Shown here one piece after another: positions 9,175 to 18,213 of a stretch of DNA of 64,000 bases (the first letter of the stretch is position 1; every line of letters starts with the position of its first letter). Location of the stretch: positions 7,619 through 71,618 of the forward strand of contig JAGASI010000025.1 of assembly GCA_017621845.1 (NCBI GenBank), given 5' to 3'. The translations under genes and the position numbers were made by a program. This DNA is from Muribaculaceae bacterium (GTDB taxonomy: Bacteria; Bacteroidota; Bacteroidia; Bacteroidales; Muribaculaceae). Below the pieces are notes generated by a model. The model worked only from the letters and a program-made list of their open reading frames with translations. It had not been told where the DNA came from and searched no databases.

Positions 9175-10455
9175 ATGAACAGACTATTTACCTCTGAATC
9201 AGTATCAGAAGGTCACCCCGACAAAGTCGCCGACCAAATATCCGACGCCATACTTGACGAATTTCTGGCACGCGACCCGGCATCAAAAGTCGCATGCGAA
9301 ACCCTCGTCACCACCGGTCAGGTCATCATCGCCGGCGAGGTCAGCTCCAACGCTTACATCGACCTCCAGGGGGTTGCTCGACGCGTCATCGACCGCATCG
9401 GTTATAACCGTAGCGAACTCATGTTTGACGCCAACTCCTGTGGCATCCTCGCCGCTCTCCACGAGCAGAGCCACGACATCAACCGAGGTGTAGACCGTCA
9501 TGACCCAACTACACAGGGCGCCGGCGACCAAGGCATGATGTTCGGATATGCTTGTAACGAAACTCCCTTATATATACCCTTGTCTCTGGCCCTGAGCCAT
9601 GCACTGGTTGCCAAACTCACCGAGATACGCCGTGAAGGCAAAGTCATGACATACCTGCGTCCCGACGCCAAAAGCCAAGTAACTGTCGAATATGACGAAA
9701 AGGGCAAACTCGTAAGAGTCAACACCATCGTCGTGTCTACACAGCATGACGAATTTATTAAAGCCGAGAACCGCACGCAAGAAGAAGCCGATGAACTGAT
9801 GGTGACAACCATCAAAGATGACGTCAAAAAATATCTAATCCCACGCGTCAAAGCCTCAATGCCAACCGAGCTACAACGACTCCTTGACGACAACTACACT
9901 CTACATGTCAATCCAACCGGAAAATTTGTCATCGGTGGCCCTCACGGAGACACCGGCCTGACCGGTCGCAAAATCATCGTGGACACCTATGGTGGCCACG
10001 GTGCCCACGGTGGCGGTGCTTTCTCTGGCAAAGACCCCTCTAAGGTTGACCGCTCGGCTGCTTACGCCGCACGATATATCGCCAAGAATATCGTCGCCGC
10101 AGGTCTCGCCGACCGAGTCCTTGTCCAACTCGCTTATGCTATCGGCGTCGCCCAACCCGTCAGCATCAATGTTGATACCTACGGTACAGCTCGGGTAAAT
10201 CTATCGGATGCCGAAATCTCTGATAAAATCGCCAGCCTGTTTGACCTAACCCCTTACGGCATCGAAAAACATCTCAAGCTACGTCAACCCATATACGAGG
10301 AAACCGCTTCATACGGACACATGGGACGTACTCCACACACCATCACCAAGCACTTTGAACTCACACCCGGCGTCACCACGCCCGTTCAAGTAGAACTCTT
10401 CACATGGGAGAAAACCGACGCTGTCGACACAATCCGCTCGGCCTTCAACCTCTAA
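9175..10455 (+). CDS. metK: S-adenosylmethionine synthetase
   Basis: [56 protein letters not shown]. Confidence 0.98.
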   Translation: MNRLFTSESVSEGHPDKVADQISDAILDEFLARDPASKVACETLVTTGQVIIAGEVSSNAYIDLQGVARRVIDRIGYNRSELMFDANSCGILAALHEQSHDINRGVDRHDPTTQGAGDQGMMFGYACNETPLYIPLSLALSHALVAKLTEIRREGKVMTYLRPDAKSQVTVEYDEKGKLVRVNTIVVSTQHDEFIKAENRTQEEADELMVTTIKDDVKKYLIPRVKASMPTELQRLLDDNYTLHVNPTGKFVIGGPHGDTGLTGRKIIVDTYGGHGAHGGGAFSGKDPSKVDRSAAYAARYIAKNIVAAGLADRVLVQLAYAIGVAQPVSINVDTYGTARVNLSDAEISDKIASLFDLTPYGIEKHLKLRQPIYEETASYGHMGRTPHTITKHFELTPGVTTPVQVELFTWEKTDAVDTIRSAFNL

Positions 10456-10488
10456 CCTGCCACAATCCATACATCATACCCCTAACCT

Positions 10489-10527
10489 GTCCCCTTGCTA
10501 CAATCGGCGTGAGGGGACTCGTTTTTT
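10489..10527 (+). terminator. Terminator after metK
   Basis: gtcccct/aggggac stem (10489-95/10512-18) followed by tcgtttttt. Confidence 0.6.
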
Positions 10528-10551
10528 GTTTGCTATTTCAAGAAAAAAAGC

Positions 10552-10559
10552 TAACTTTG
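10552..10559 (+). promoter_or_regulatory. -7 box for the ppiD-like gene
   Basis: TAACTTTG about 150 nt upstream of the ATG. Confidence 0.6.
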
Positions 10560-10712
10560 TGCGATTATTGGCTATGTGTAAAACCTTAGTCAAGCCAATC
10601 TTCACTCTAATCCTAAATCAATCAATAGATTAGACCTTGCAATATGGAGAGTCACGCCTCGCGTTTTTCTCCTTGGTTTTTCGATAATTATAAACTTAAC
10701 TCTTAAATATCA

Positions 10713-12902
10713 ATGGCAGTACTTGAAAAAATCAGAAGCAAATCGGTGTTGCTTTTCACAATCATCATCGTTGCACTTCTTGCTTTCATCCTGGGCGACT
10801 TCTTAAATTCAGGATGCTCACGTCGTGGCGACACTGTAGCTGAAGCCGCGGGCGTCAAAGTCAAATATGACCAATACAATACCACACGCGAGCAGAACTC
10901 CGAGCTGTTCAAACAACAACTTGCCATGGCTCGCCAACAGAACCCCTACCTCCCCGGCGTTAACGAGGACGAGGTTTCGGAATATACCATTTTCAACCTT
11001 CTCTCCCAAGGCCTTCTCGATGAGGAATTTGACCGCCTCGGCATCGAAGTCACCGACCAAGAGCTCTCGGCCTTCAACCTCGACCCCAAGAACAACGCCA
11101 TGGTGATGTCAATGTTCGCCCAGAAATTAGGCGCCGACCCCACCGCTCTCGCCCAGATGGGACTGGCCAACGTCAACTCTATACTTGACGCACTCAAGAA
11201 CCCCAAACAGTACCAACTCGACGAGCGCTCTCAACAGATGTTTGAAAACGCTTGGAAAAACTATGAAGACGAGCTTGCAATCCAGCTCAAACGCAAACTA
11301 TACATGGACCTGCTCGGTGGACTGTTCACCGCCAACAAGATTGACGCACGCAACACCTATGACGAGCGCAACACCTCAATATCATTCCAGTATGTAAATG
11401 CCGACCTCGCTTCAATCGCCGACGACAAAGTTAAACTTACCGACGCCGACTACGAGAAAGTTTACAACGAGTACAAGGGTCAATTCAGAATTTACGAGCC
11501 TAAACGCTTCATAAATTATATCACCGCCAACATCGCTCCATCTGACGCCGACCGCACCAAGATGGACGCCACCGCCAACAAGCTCATCGCCGACCTGAAT
11601 ACTCTCGGTGGTGACTCGGCAATGGCCAAGAACAACACTTTTACCCATCAGACAGTAACCCTCACACGCGAGAACCTCTCGAGATTTGATGACGTGCGCA
11701 CCCTCGCCGCCAACATCGACTCTATGGCTGTCGGCTCGGCCAAACAGACCTTAGCCCTCGGAAACCACTATGCCATTGCCAAGCTCCTCGAGAAAGGCAC
11801 CGGCATCGACTCCGTGTCATGCTACCTCATCCCCGTTGAAAATGTATCCAAACTCGACTCTGTAGCCGCCACCTACACCGTTGCCAACATCGACTCCCTC
11901 GCTGCCAACGCCAAGCTCGAGACTTCGCTCATCAACCCTTCCATCCAAGGCATGACCGACCGCATCAAAGCTCAACTCGAGAACGCACCACTAAATCAGA
12001 TTGTAACATTTGTTGACACTATCCAGACCCAACAAGGCAAGACCCCAATGGGATTTGTATTCAATGTCACCAAACGTTCACTCCCTGTCACCACATACAC
12101 GCTTCTCGTTGCCACAGCCGACCTCACTCCCTCCGATGCTACAATCAGCGAAATATCCCAAAAACTCCACAACTATATAGCCAACAACAGCACCGCCGCC
12201 GACTTTGAGAAAAACGCCACCAAAGCCGGTTATAACGTTGGCAAGGCTCTCGTCTCAGCTTCCGATCCCATCGGATTTGCCGCACCAAACTCAATGGTCG
12301 CTGTACGATGGGCTATGGTAGACGCCAAGGTCGGACAAGTATCAAACGTATTCTCGCTCAACCTCCCCGAGGCTCAGAACGGTACATCTCAATACTTCCT
12401 CGCTGTCGCTGTAGCTGAAGACTATGATGACGACTTCATCCCCGCCAACAGCCAGTATGCAAAAGAAGTCCTAAAACCCATTTGCATGCGCAATAAGAAA
12501 GCCGAAATGCTTGCCACTCAATATAAAGGACAAGCCGGCTCACTCGAGTCTCTCGCATCGGCCCTGAAGACCCAGGTTAACACCGCCAACTCTTCATTCG
12601 GAGCAAACGCCGTTGCCGGTAGCGCCAACGCCAATGTACTCGCTGCCATCGCCACTGCCAAGCCCGGTACCGTTACCGGCCCCATCACCGGTGATAACGG
12701 CGTGTTCTATATCAAGGTTCAGAACCGTAAGACCGAAGGTCGTCCTTATGATTTCCGTGAGAATGCCAACACATTCCTCGGTCGCGTCCTCAACTCATTT
12801 GTCGAGCAAACTATCAAGGGCGAGATTGTTCCATCATTCCAGCTCCTGAAGGGTGACGACGAGATCGAGAACAATATTCTCCAATTTACCCGCGCCGAAT
12901 AA
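10713..12902 (+). CDS. PpiD-like membrane-anchored periplasmic chaperone (SurA N-terminal domain; degenerate rotamase domain)
   Basis: N-terminus MAVLEKIRSKSVLLFTIIIVALLAFILGDFL and the 729-aa size are typical of Bacteroidetes PpiD homologues. Confidence 0.8.
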   Translation: MAVLEKIRSKSVLLFTIIIVALLAFILGDFLNSGCSRRGDTVAEAAGVKVKYDQYNTTREQNSELFKQQLAMARQQNPYLPGVNEDEVSEYTIFNLLSQGLLDEEFDRLGIEVTDQELSAFNLDPKNNAMVMSMFAQKLGADPTALAQMGLANVNSILDALKNPKQYQLDERSQQMFENAWKNYEDELAIQLKRKLYMDLLGGLFTANKIDARNTYDERNTSISFQYVNADLASIADDKVKLTDADYEKVYNEYKGQFRIYEPKRFINYITANIAPSDADRTKMDATANKLIADLNTLGGDSAMAKNNTFTHQTVTLTRENLSRFDDVRTLAANIDSMAVGSAKQTLALGNHYAIAKLLEKGTGIDSVSCYLIPVENVSKLDSVAATYTVANIDSLAANAKLETSLINPSIQGMTDRIKAQLENAPLNQIVTFVDTIQTQQGKTPMGFVFNVTKRSLPVTTYTLLVATADLTPSDATISEISQKLHNYIANNSTAADFEKNATKAGYNVGKALVSASDPIGFAAPNSMVAVRWAMVDAKVGQVSNVFSLNLPEAQNGTSQYFLAVAVAEDYDDDFIPANSQYAKEVLKPICMRNKKAEMLATQYKGQAGSLESLASALKTQVNTANSSFGANAVAGSANANVLAAIATAKPGTVTGPITGDNGVFYIKVQNRKTEGRPYDFRENANTFLGRVLNSFVEQTIKGEIVPSFQLLKGDDEIENNILQFTRAE

Positions 12903-12936
12903 TTTCACTATAACAATTATTTGCCAATCCTCATAG

Positions 12937-12970
12937 CAGAGGCTGACCCCCATATCCGGGTCAGCCTCTG
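12937..12970 (+). terminator. Strong hairpin after the ppiD-like gene
   Basis: 13-bp perfect stem cagaggctgaccc/gggtcagcctctg with a weak U-tail. Confidence 0.65.
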
Positions 12971-13007
12971 TGCATTTAATACACCACACACAATATTAAC
13001 TTCACGT

Positions 13008-13245
13008 CTCGCCGGCATATATCAACACCTGACAAACAGGCCCGGGTCGAAGCCTGTCAGTGATAAACAATGGGTCAGCTGACAGGAGCAGTTGGTAGCC
13101 CCCCCTGATTGAACAGCAAACTCCCAGACACGGAATGTAGGCGCGGAGAGCCTCAGTCACCACAACCCGACCCTCAGGGCCTAAGACAATAACACGTTAA
13201 AGTAGGTTAAAAACACACAACGGGGGATTGCCCCGTTGTGTGTTT
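13008..13245. ncRNA. Unassigned GC-rich structured intergenic element (candidate ncRNA)
   Basis: No long ORF. Several complementary segments (cctgtcag/ctgacagg, ccctga/tcaggg, gggtcg/cgaccc) and a terminal 15-bp hairpin. Strand and family not established. Confidence 0.35.
13211..13245. terminator. 15-bp perfect hairpin, possibly a bidirectional terminator
   Basis: aaacacacaacgggg-gattg-ccccgttgtgtgttt. Confidence 0.65.
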
Positions 13246-13258
13246 AAACGGAAAGTTG

Positions 13259-13266
13259 TACTTTTG
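13259..13266 (+). promoter_or_regulatory. -7 box for the SRP RNA
   Basis: TACTTTTG ends 4 nt before the SRP 5' stem. Confidence 0.8.
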
Positions 13267-13270
13267 CCAC

Positions 13271-13372
13271 GGGTAAGTCCTACACGACCAGCTCCCTCCA
13301 ATCCCCCAGGTCCTGACCGAAGCAAGGGTCCGAGGTTGTAGCGGTGCGATGTAGTAAGCTTACCCTTTTTTT
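13271..13372 (+). ncRNA. ffs: Small bacterial SRP RNA (4.5S)
   Basis: Rod-like fold: gggtaag/cttaccc, ctaca/tgtag, cctc/gagg, ccc/ggg, with helix-8 symmetric-loop nucleotides CAGG...AGCA. It has its own promoter and a U7 tail. Confidence 0.85.
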
Positions 13373-13415
13373 ATTCCATACACATTCTCTCCATCTGTTG
13401 CCAACTTATGCCCCC

Positions 13416-14438
13416 ATGAGATTACTCATATCATCAATTATCCTGTTTATAGGCGCTGTAGCATGCTCATCAGCCACCGATAACAAACCGGCCACCGATG
13501 CAACCAAAAATGCGCCAAACAGCCACCAATCCCCCTCAGAGTCATCAGCCATGACCTTCAATAAAGACTCGGCTTACAAATATGTCGCCGACCAGGTAGC
13601 CTTCGGCCCACGCGTCCCGGGCTCACCGGCTCACAAAGCCTGTGCTAAATACCTCATTGACCGACTTTCGGGATATGGCGTGAACGTCGAGACCCAACGC
13701 ACCGACCTCACCGACATCTCGGGCAATACATTTGAAATGATCAACATCATCGGGCATATAAACCCCGAGGCCTCAAAACGCATATTACTACTAGCCCATT
13801 GGGACTCAAGACCCTGGGCCGACAACGACCCCGACCCCGCCAACCACAAGACTCCAATCGATGGTGCCAATGACGGCGCAAGTGGCGTGGCTGTAATCCT
13901 CGAAGTTGCACGCCAACTCCAACTCTCCTCCCTTGACAACCTGGGTGTCGACATACTACTGACCGATGCCGAAGACTCCGGTCTCTCAGCACCTGAGGAC
14001 GCAACCCCCGACCAGGTACAACAATATGAAAATTCATGGTGCCTCGGCACACAACACTGGATTAAGTCCAACCCGTGGCGCGACACCCCACGTCCTCAAT
14101 TTGCCATACTTCTTGACATGGTAGGCGGACGTGACGCCACATTCCCCATCGAATACTTCTCTTACCAATATGCCCCCGACATCGTAAACCTCGTCCTCGA
14201 GGCCTCACGAAAGGCCGGTACTACCGACCGATTTCCAACCCAAATTGGAGGTGCCATTAACGACGACCACATACACCTTAACTCGGCCGGAATTCCAACA
14301 GTCGATATAATCCAAACTTCTCACAGTGGTTTCAACCCCACATGGCACACCATTCAAGACAACCTATCCAATATCGACCGCGCCACACTTGCCGCAGTCG
14401 GCCACACTATCCTGACTCTCCTCTTACAACAACAATAA
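13416..14438 (+). CDS. M28-family Zn lipoprotein, probable glutaminyl cyclase
   Basis: Lipoprotein signal MRLLISSIILFIGAVAC; FGPRVPGS, LLAHWDSRPWAD, GANDGASGVA, DAED, LLDMVG, DDH, WHT. Start moved from 13344, which overlaps the SRP RNA, to ATG 13416. Confidence 0.85.
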   Translation: MRLLISSIILFIGAVACSSATDNKPATDATKNAPNSHQSPSESSAMTFNKDSAYKYVADQVAFGPRVPGSPAHKACAKYLIDRLSGYGVNVETQRTDLTDISGNTFEMINIIGHINPEASKRILLLAHWDSRPWADNDPDPANHKTPIDGANDGASGVAVILEVARQLQLSSLDNLGVDILLTDAEDSGLSAPEDATPDQVQQYENSWCLGTQHWIKSNPWRDTPRPQFAILLDMVGGRDATFPIEYFSYQYAPDIVNLVLEASRKAGTTDRFPTQIGGAINDDHIHLNSAGIPTVDIIQTSHSGFNPTWHTIQDNLSNIDRATLAAVGHTILTLLLQQQ

Positions 14439-14450
14439 AATCTTTCCCAA

Positions 14451-14879
14451 ATGACTATAGACGACAAACAACAAGAAATCATTGACGAATTCAGCGAAAT
14501 CAACGACTGGATGGACCGCTATGGCTACATAATCGACCTTGGCAACAGCCTGCCACCCATAGACGAAAGCCTCAAGACTCCCGACCGACTAATTGAAGGC
14601 TGCCAGAGCCGGGTATGGCTCGACGCAACTGTAGACAACGATGGCAACATCCACTTCAGCGCCGACTCAGACGCCATAATTGTCAAAGGCATCATTTCCC
14701 TCCTGATAAGCGTTCTCGACAACCACACACCTGACGAAATCATGGGTGCCGACCTCCACTTCATTGACGACATCGGCCTTGGTGAAAATTTATCACCTAC
14801 CCGCTCCAACGGACTATTAGCAATGATTAAACAAATCAAAATGTACGCCATGGCGTTCAAAGCCAAGCAACAATCCTAA
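14451..14879 (+). CDS. sufE: SufE-family Fe-S sulfur-transfer protein
   Basis: IEGCQSRVWL, ADSDAIIVKGI, LSPTRSNGL. Confidence 0.92.
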   Translation: MTIDDKQQEIIDEFSEINDWMDRYGYIIDLGNSLPPIDESLKTPDRLIEGCQSRVWLDATVDNDGNIHFSADSDAIIVKGIISLLISVLDNHTPDEIMGADLHFIDDIGLGENLSPTRSNGLLAMIKQIKMYAMAFKAKQQS

Positions 14880-15107
14880 TCCACCCTACCACTCTCCTCA
14901 CTCTCTTTTTCACTCACCCTACCCCTACACATAACCAATACAATTTTATTACAATTGTGTGACACGAGCAACCGCTTTCCTCCCTCAAAAACCAATATTT
15001 TTGCCAATGTAACAATATCGTAACAAAAATTCAACAACTTACACCTTTGGTTTACAGCTATTTATATACCCTAAATTCATGTTTTACGGTTTTTAACATA
15101 AAAAGCA

Positions 15108-15138
15108 TTGACACGCCGCTCATCGAGATATAATTTTG
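15108..15138 (+). promoter_or_regulatory. Promoter upstream of the ECF sigma gene (about 250-nt leader)
   Basis: TTG (15108-10), 20-nt spacer, TAATTTTG (15131-38). Confidence 0.55.
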
Positions 15139-15390
15139 AGATGTCAATAGATGACAACACATTTCAACCTACTGACATACATTCACCCCGACGAACTGAT
15201 CCCTCCGGTCTTTTAAGAATTCCTCTTCCTCTACTCCTCCAATTCTACATTGACACCCTATTCCAACGCTCCAAAGCGTTAACAACAAGAGCTTTTAAAT
15301 ACTACTTCCCTAAGCTTTAGGACCAACCTTAAAGCAGTTATAAAAGCCACTACAAAATTTTATTACTCACAAGCTTAAATTCTTACTACT

Positions 15391-15894
15391 ATGGCTACCT
15401 CTCAGTTCCAAAATTCACTAATGGCCCTACAGGACAACCTCCTGAACTTTGCATACATGCTTACATCCAACCGTGATGACGCATACGATCTCCTCCAAGA
15501 CACCACCCTCAAGGCGCTTGACAATGAGGACAAATACACAGCCAATACCAATCTCAAAGGCTGGGTGTTTACCATCATGCGCAATATCTTTATCAACAAT
15601 TACCGTCGCACCACACGTGCCGCCACAATCATCGATACCACCGACAACCTGTATCACCTCAACCTCTCCCAAGAATCGGGACTCGACTCTCCCGAAGGCT
15701 CTTTCGGCGCTCGCGAAATAACCGAAGCAATCAACGCTTTCAGCGACGAATACCGCATCCCGTTCTCAATGCACGTTGCCGGATACAAATATAACGAGAT
15801 TGCCGAAAAAATGAATCTTCCTCTCGGCACCGTCAAAAGCCGTATCTTCCTCGCCCGCAAACGCCTGCAGGCCCAATTCGCCGACTACAGGTAA
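15391..15894 (+). CDS. ECF-family RNA polymerase sigma factor
   Basis: DAYDLLQDTTLKA, LKGWVFTIMRNIFINNYRR, GYKYNEIAEKMNLPLGTVKSRIFLAR. Confidence 0.93.
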   Translation: MATSQFQNSLMALQDNLLNFAYMLTSNRDDAYDLLQDTTLKALDNEDKYTANTNLKGWVFTIMRNIFINNYRRTTRAATIIDTTDNLYHLNLSQESGLDSPEGSFGAREITEAINAFSDEYRIPFSMHVAGYKYNEIAEKMNLPLGTVKSRIFLARKRLQAQFADYR

Positions 15895-15903
15895 ACACCC
15901 CGC

Positions 15904-15932
15904 CTGAGAGGCAATGACCTCTTGCCTCTCAG
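15904..15932 (+). terminator. Hairpin after the ECF sigma gene
   Basis: 11-bp stem ctgagaggcaa/ttgcctctcag 10 nt after the stop; no U-tract. Confidence 0.55.
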
Positions 15933-16170
15933 CCACTCACCCTCACAAGAGAAAAACTTCACCAAACTTTTTCCAACACCATTTGTTTAACAATATATCA
16001 GGTGTTTAACACAATACACTGACTACTTACCCATAAACATTCACAATACACACTCAACTAACACAAAAACTTATTTATTGAATTAATATTTGATTGATTG
16101 GTTAATTGTTAATTAAGATTAAAACCACAAAATAATACCACAAAAACATGTTATATAACATAAAAATCAC

Positions 16171-16178
16171 TATCTTTG
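16171..16178 (+). promoter_or_regulatory. -7 box for a small RNA; perfect 14-bp palindrome at 16148-16161 just upstream
   Basis: TATCTTTG, with atgttatataacat in the -33 region. Confidence 0.7.
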
Positions 16179-16182
16179 CAAC

Positions 16183-16251
16183 GTGTTTTTCATGGTATTA
16201 GATTTAAGGTTAAGAAAGGTTACCCGTCGTGATGACGAGTAATTTTTTTTT
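16183..16251 (+). ncRNA. Compact Bacteroidales sRNA (~70 nt)
   Basis: Promoter, then GTGTTTTTCATGGTATTAGATTTAAGGTT, then terminator ttac-c-cgtc-gtgat-gacg-a-gtaa with T9. No ORF. The core is one I recognise from Bacteroidales intergenic sRNAs, but I cannot name the family with certainty. Confidence 0.7.
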
Positions 16252-16661
16252 GCACCTAATCCACCCTTCACAACTCATACGGGCGACAGAATTGCCTGTT
16301 GATTAAAATATGATGCTTAAGGACGGGACGGCCGAATTGTAATTAATTGTGATTAACTGCGTGTGTAAGGTCGGCAGGCCATCGTCACTAATGACAAAAC
16401 TAACAACAAAATCCCACCATTCTAAACATATAAACCACTAATTTTCAGTCCATTTTAGCCCATTTTACCCCCTACCCGAGCCACAACTGCGCATGTACCT
16501 CACCGTGGCGTCTCTACTGATAGCCCCGTATGCCGGTCGCCATATAGTGGTGTATACCAGCACATCCCCATCCCGTGCACCGCTTCGTAGTGCACCGGGG
16601 TTAACCATATAACAATATTTTGTATAATCTAATTCCCTAAAGCTCCTGATTAAAAGCCTGT

Positions 16662-18149
16662 CTAAAACTTAGGCATAACAATAAGTCGAGCTTTGGCATT
16701 GTCCATCTTAGGCATAGTAGTACCTATACCGGCATAAAATATCGTTGGGTCGCAAACAGTAAATTTTCTTCCATCCACCATGATATATGACCCATTGATA
16801 GGCTCGGTAAAAGACACTGCGGCGGCTAAATGTCCCGGGTAGTGTATCAAGGCTGTGGGCAGATGCATCAAATCATTGACAATTCTAACAAATAAAATAG
16901 CGTGGTCCTCACAGTCGGACTTATGATAATGTAAAGTCTCCTCGGGGAAGAACGCTCTATCATGCCCCCACATCTTGTCATCATATTCATAGGGGAAACT
17001 CTCGACAAAATCAATGATGATATTGGCGGCATCACGTTGTGATTTTCCGGCTATAGCATGTCTAAGAGTTGGATAAATCTTATTCAACACATTGACTGAC
17101 AGAGGGGTCATTGCATATTTACCCCAGATATTATAATTCCCCATTGAGACAGTACCGACCGGATAATCTTCAAAAAATTTCATCAGATTGCCATCTGTGG
17201 TGTAATTGCACACTACCGACGGATAATGTACCGCTGTGACTGTATGGTTTTGGATTATACCTGATGCAAGCAGAGGTAAATGGTTAATACCCAGTCTCAT
17301 CGGTGAGGTATTGGGATAAGACATATCCATGATATAAAGTCGGTCCGGCGTGGTTTCAAAGGGAAAATAATGTCTGCCGTTCACCTCATAATAATCAGAG
17401 CGCTCCAATATAATCTCATCAAAAGCCACCATGGAGTACAATCGACTATTGGCCTGAGCGAACCTCACGTCATACCCTGCCTGGGTAAGAATATATCCTT
17501 CCAGCACACGAGCTGTATTATCGCCATCGGTCACTTTTTGAGCGAATGTGCGCACCAATTTGAACACCATCCAATCAGGCAGATTGGAATTGTCTCTAAT
17601 GCTTAAAATGCCCAAAATTGCACGGTCAATCTCAACATTATCAGCCATTGCGCTCCAACAAACACTTACCACCTCAGGAGAGACGCCTCTGAGAGGGACA
17701 TCAACATGACCCGAACAAGGTACCTCAAACTTAGTACCATACAACATAACATCTACAAATAAGGGTGTCTGCTGAGGTACAGGCTGTAGAATAGGAGCCG
17801 GGGGAGTGGGTGCAGGACGTGGTACCGGGGTTGGGGGAGCCACCGGTATAATTATAGGCGTATCCTTGAGTGGCGTGGGGTTATCTTCTCGAGGTATAAC
17901 AAGCGGCGGGACAGGTTCTTCGTTAGGTTTAATATCGGCCGGTGTTATTAATTTGAACGTCCAAGGCTTGGAGAGAAATTCGGCATACTCACGGTTCATC
18001 TGTTGCCTGAATGTTTCCATCTCCTTGTCAGCAGCTTCTACAAAACCCTGTAAATCATTCCCCGCTTTTTTCATAAAATCGTCAATTTCATCGGCTCTCA
18101 GCCACAAGGCTGAGATACCGACAAAACATAACGTTATCAACTTTTTCAT
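16662..18149 (-). CDS. Secreted protein with C-terminal transglutaminase-like (Cys-His-Asp) domain and Pro-rich linker
   Basis: Signal peptide; KSDCEDHAILF, YPGHLAAAV, VCDPT; Pro-rich segment PVAPPTPVPRPAPTPPAP. Confidence 0.7.
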   Translation of the reverse strand: MKKLITLCFVGISALWLRADEIDDFMKKAGNDLQGFVEAADKEMETFRQQMNREYAEFLSKPWTFKLITPADIKPNEEPVPPLVIPREDNPTPLKDTPIIIPVAPPTPVPRPAPTPPAPILQPVPQQTPLFVDVMLYGTKFEVPCSGHVDVPLRGVSPEVVSVCWSAMADNVEIDRAILGILSIRDNSNLPDWMVFKLVRTFAQKVTDGDNTARVLEGYILTQAGYDVRFAQANSRLYSMVAFDEIILERSDYYEVNGRHYFPFETTPDRLYIMDMSYPNTSPMRLGINHLPLLASGIIQNHTVTAVHYPSVVCNYTTDGNLMKFFEDYPVGTVSMGNYNIWGKYAMTPLSVNVLNKIYPTLRHAIAGKSQRDAANIIIDFVESFPYEYDDKMWGHDRAFFPEETLHYHKSDCEDHAILFVRIVNDLMHLPTALIHYPGHLAAAVSFTEPINGSYIMVDGRKFTVCDPTIFYAGIGTTMPKMDNAKARLIVMPKF

Positions 18150-18213
18150 AAAAGACGTTTTAGGAATTAAGCTAACAAACCGTCATCTTGTAAATGGCAA
18201 TGTCTACCAACTG

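Noticed and set aside
13070-13105. Minus-strand GGGCUACC...CCUGUCAGCUGACCC resembling the 3' part of c-di-AMP (ydaO) riboswitches
   Set aside because: The 5' conserved GCUGAAUC/GGGGGA elements are absent, and there is no downstream gene in that orientation.
13344-13415. N-terminal extension of the M28 ORF from GTG 13344
   Set aside because: It overlaps the SRP RNA and its U-tail. ATG 13416 gives a clean lipoprotein signal.
15108-15134. Perfect E. coli-type TTGACA...TATAAT
   Set aside because: The spacer is only 15 nt, and the same bases form a properly spaced Bacteroidetes TTG/TAATTTTG promoter.
1-16000. Marked C-over-G excess on the plus strand
   Set aside because: Explained by ordinary replication skew plus C-ending codon preference. 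I cannot show a skew switch without computation.
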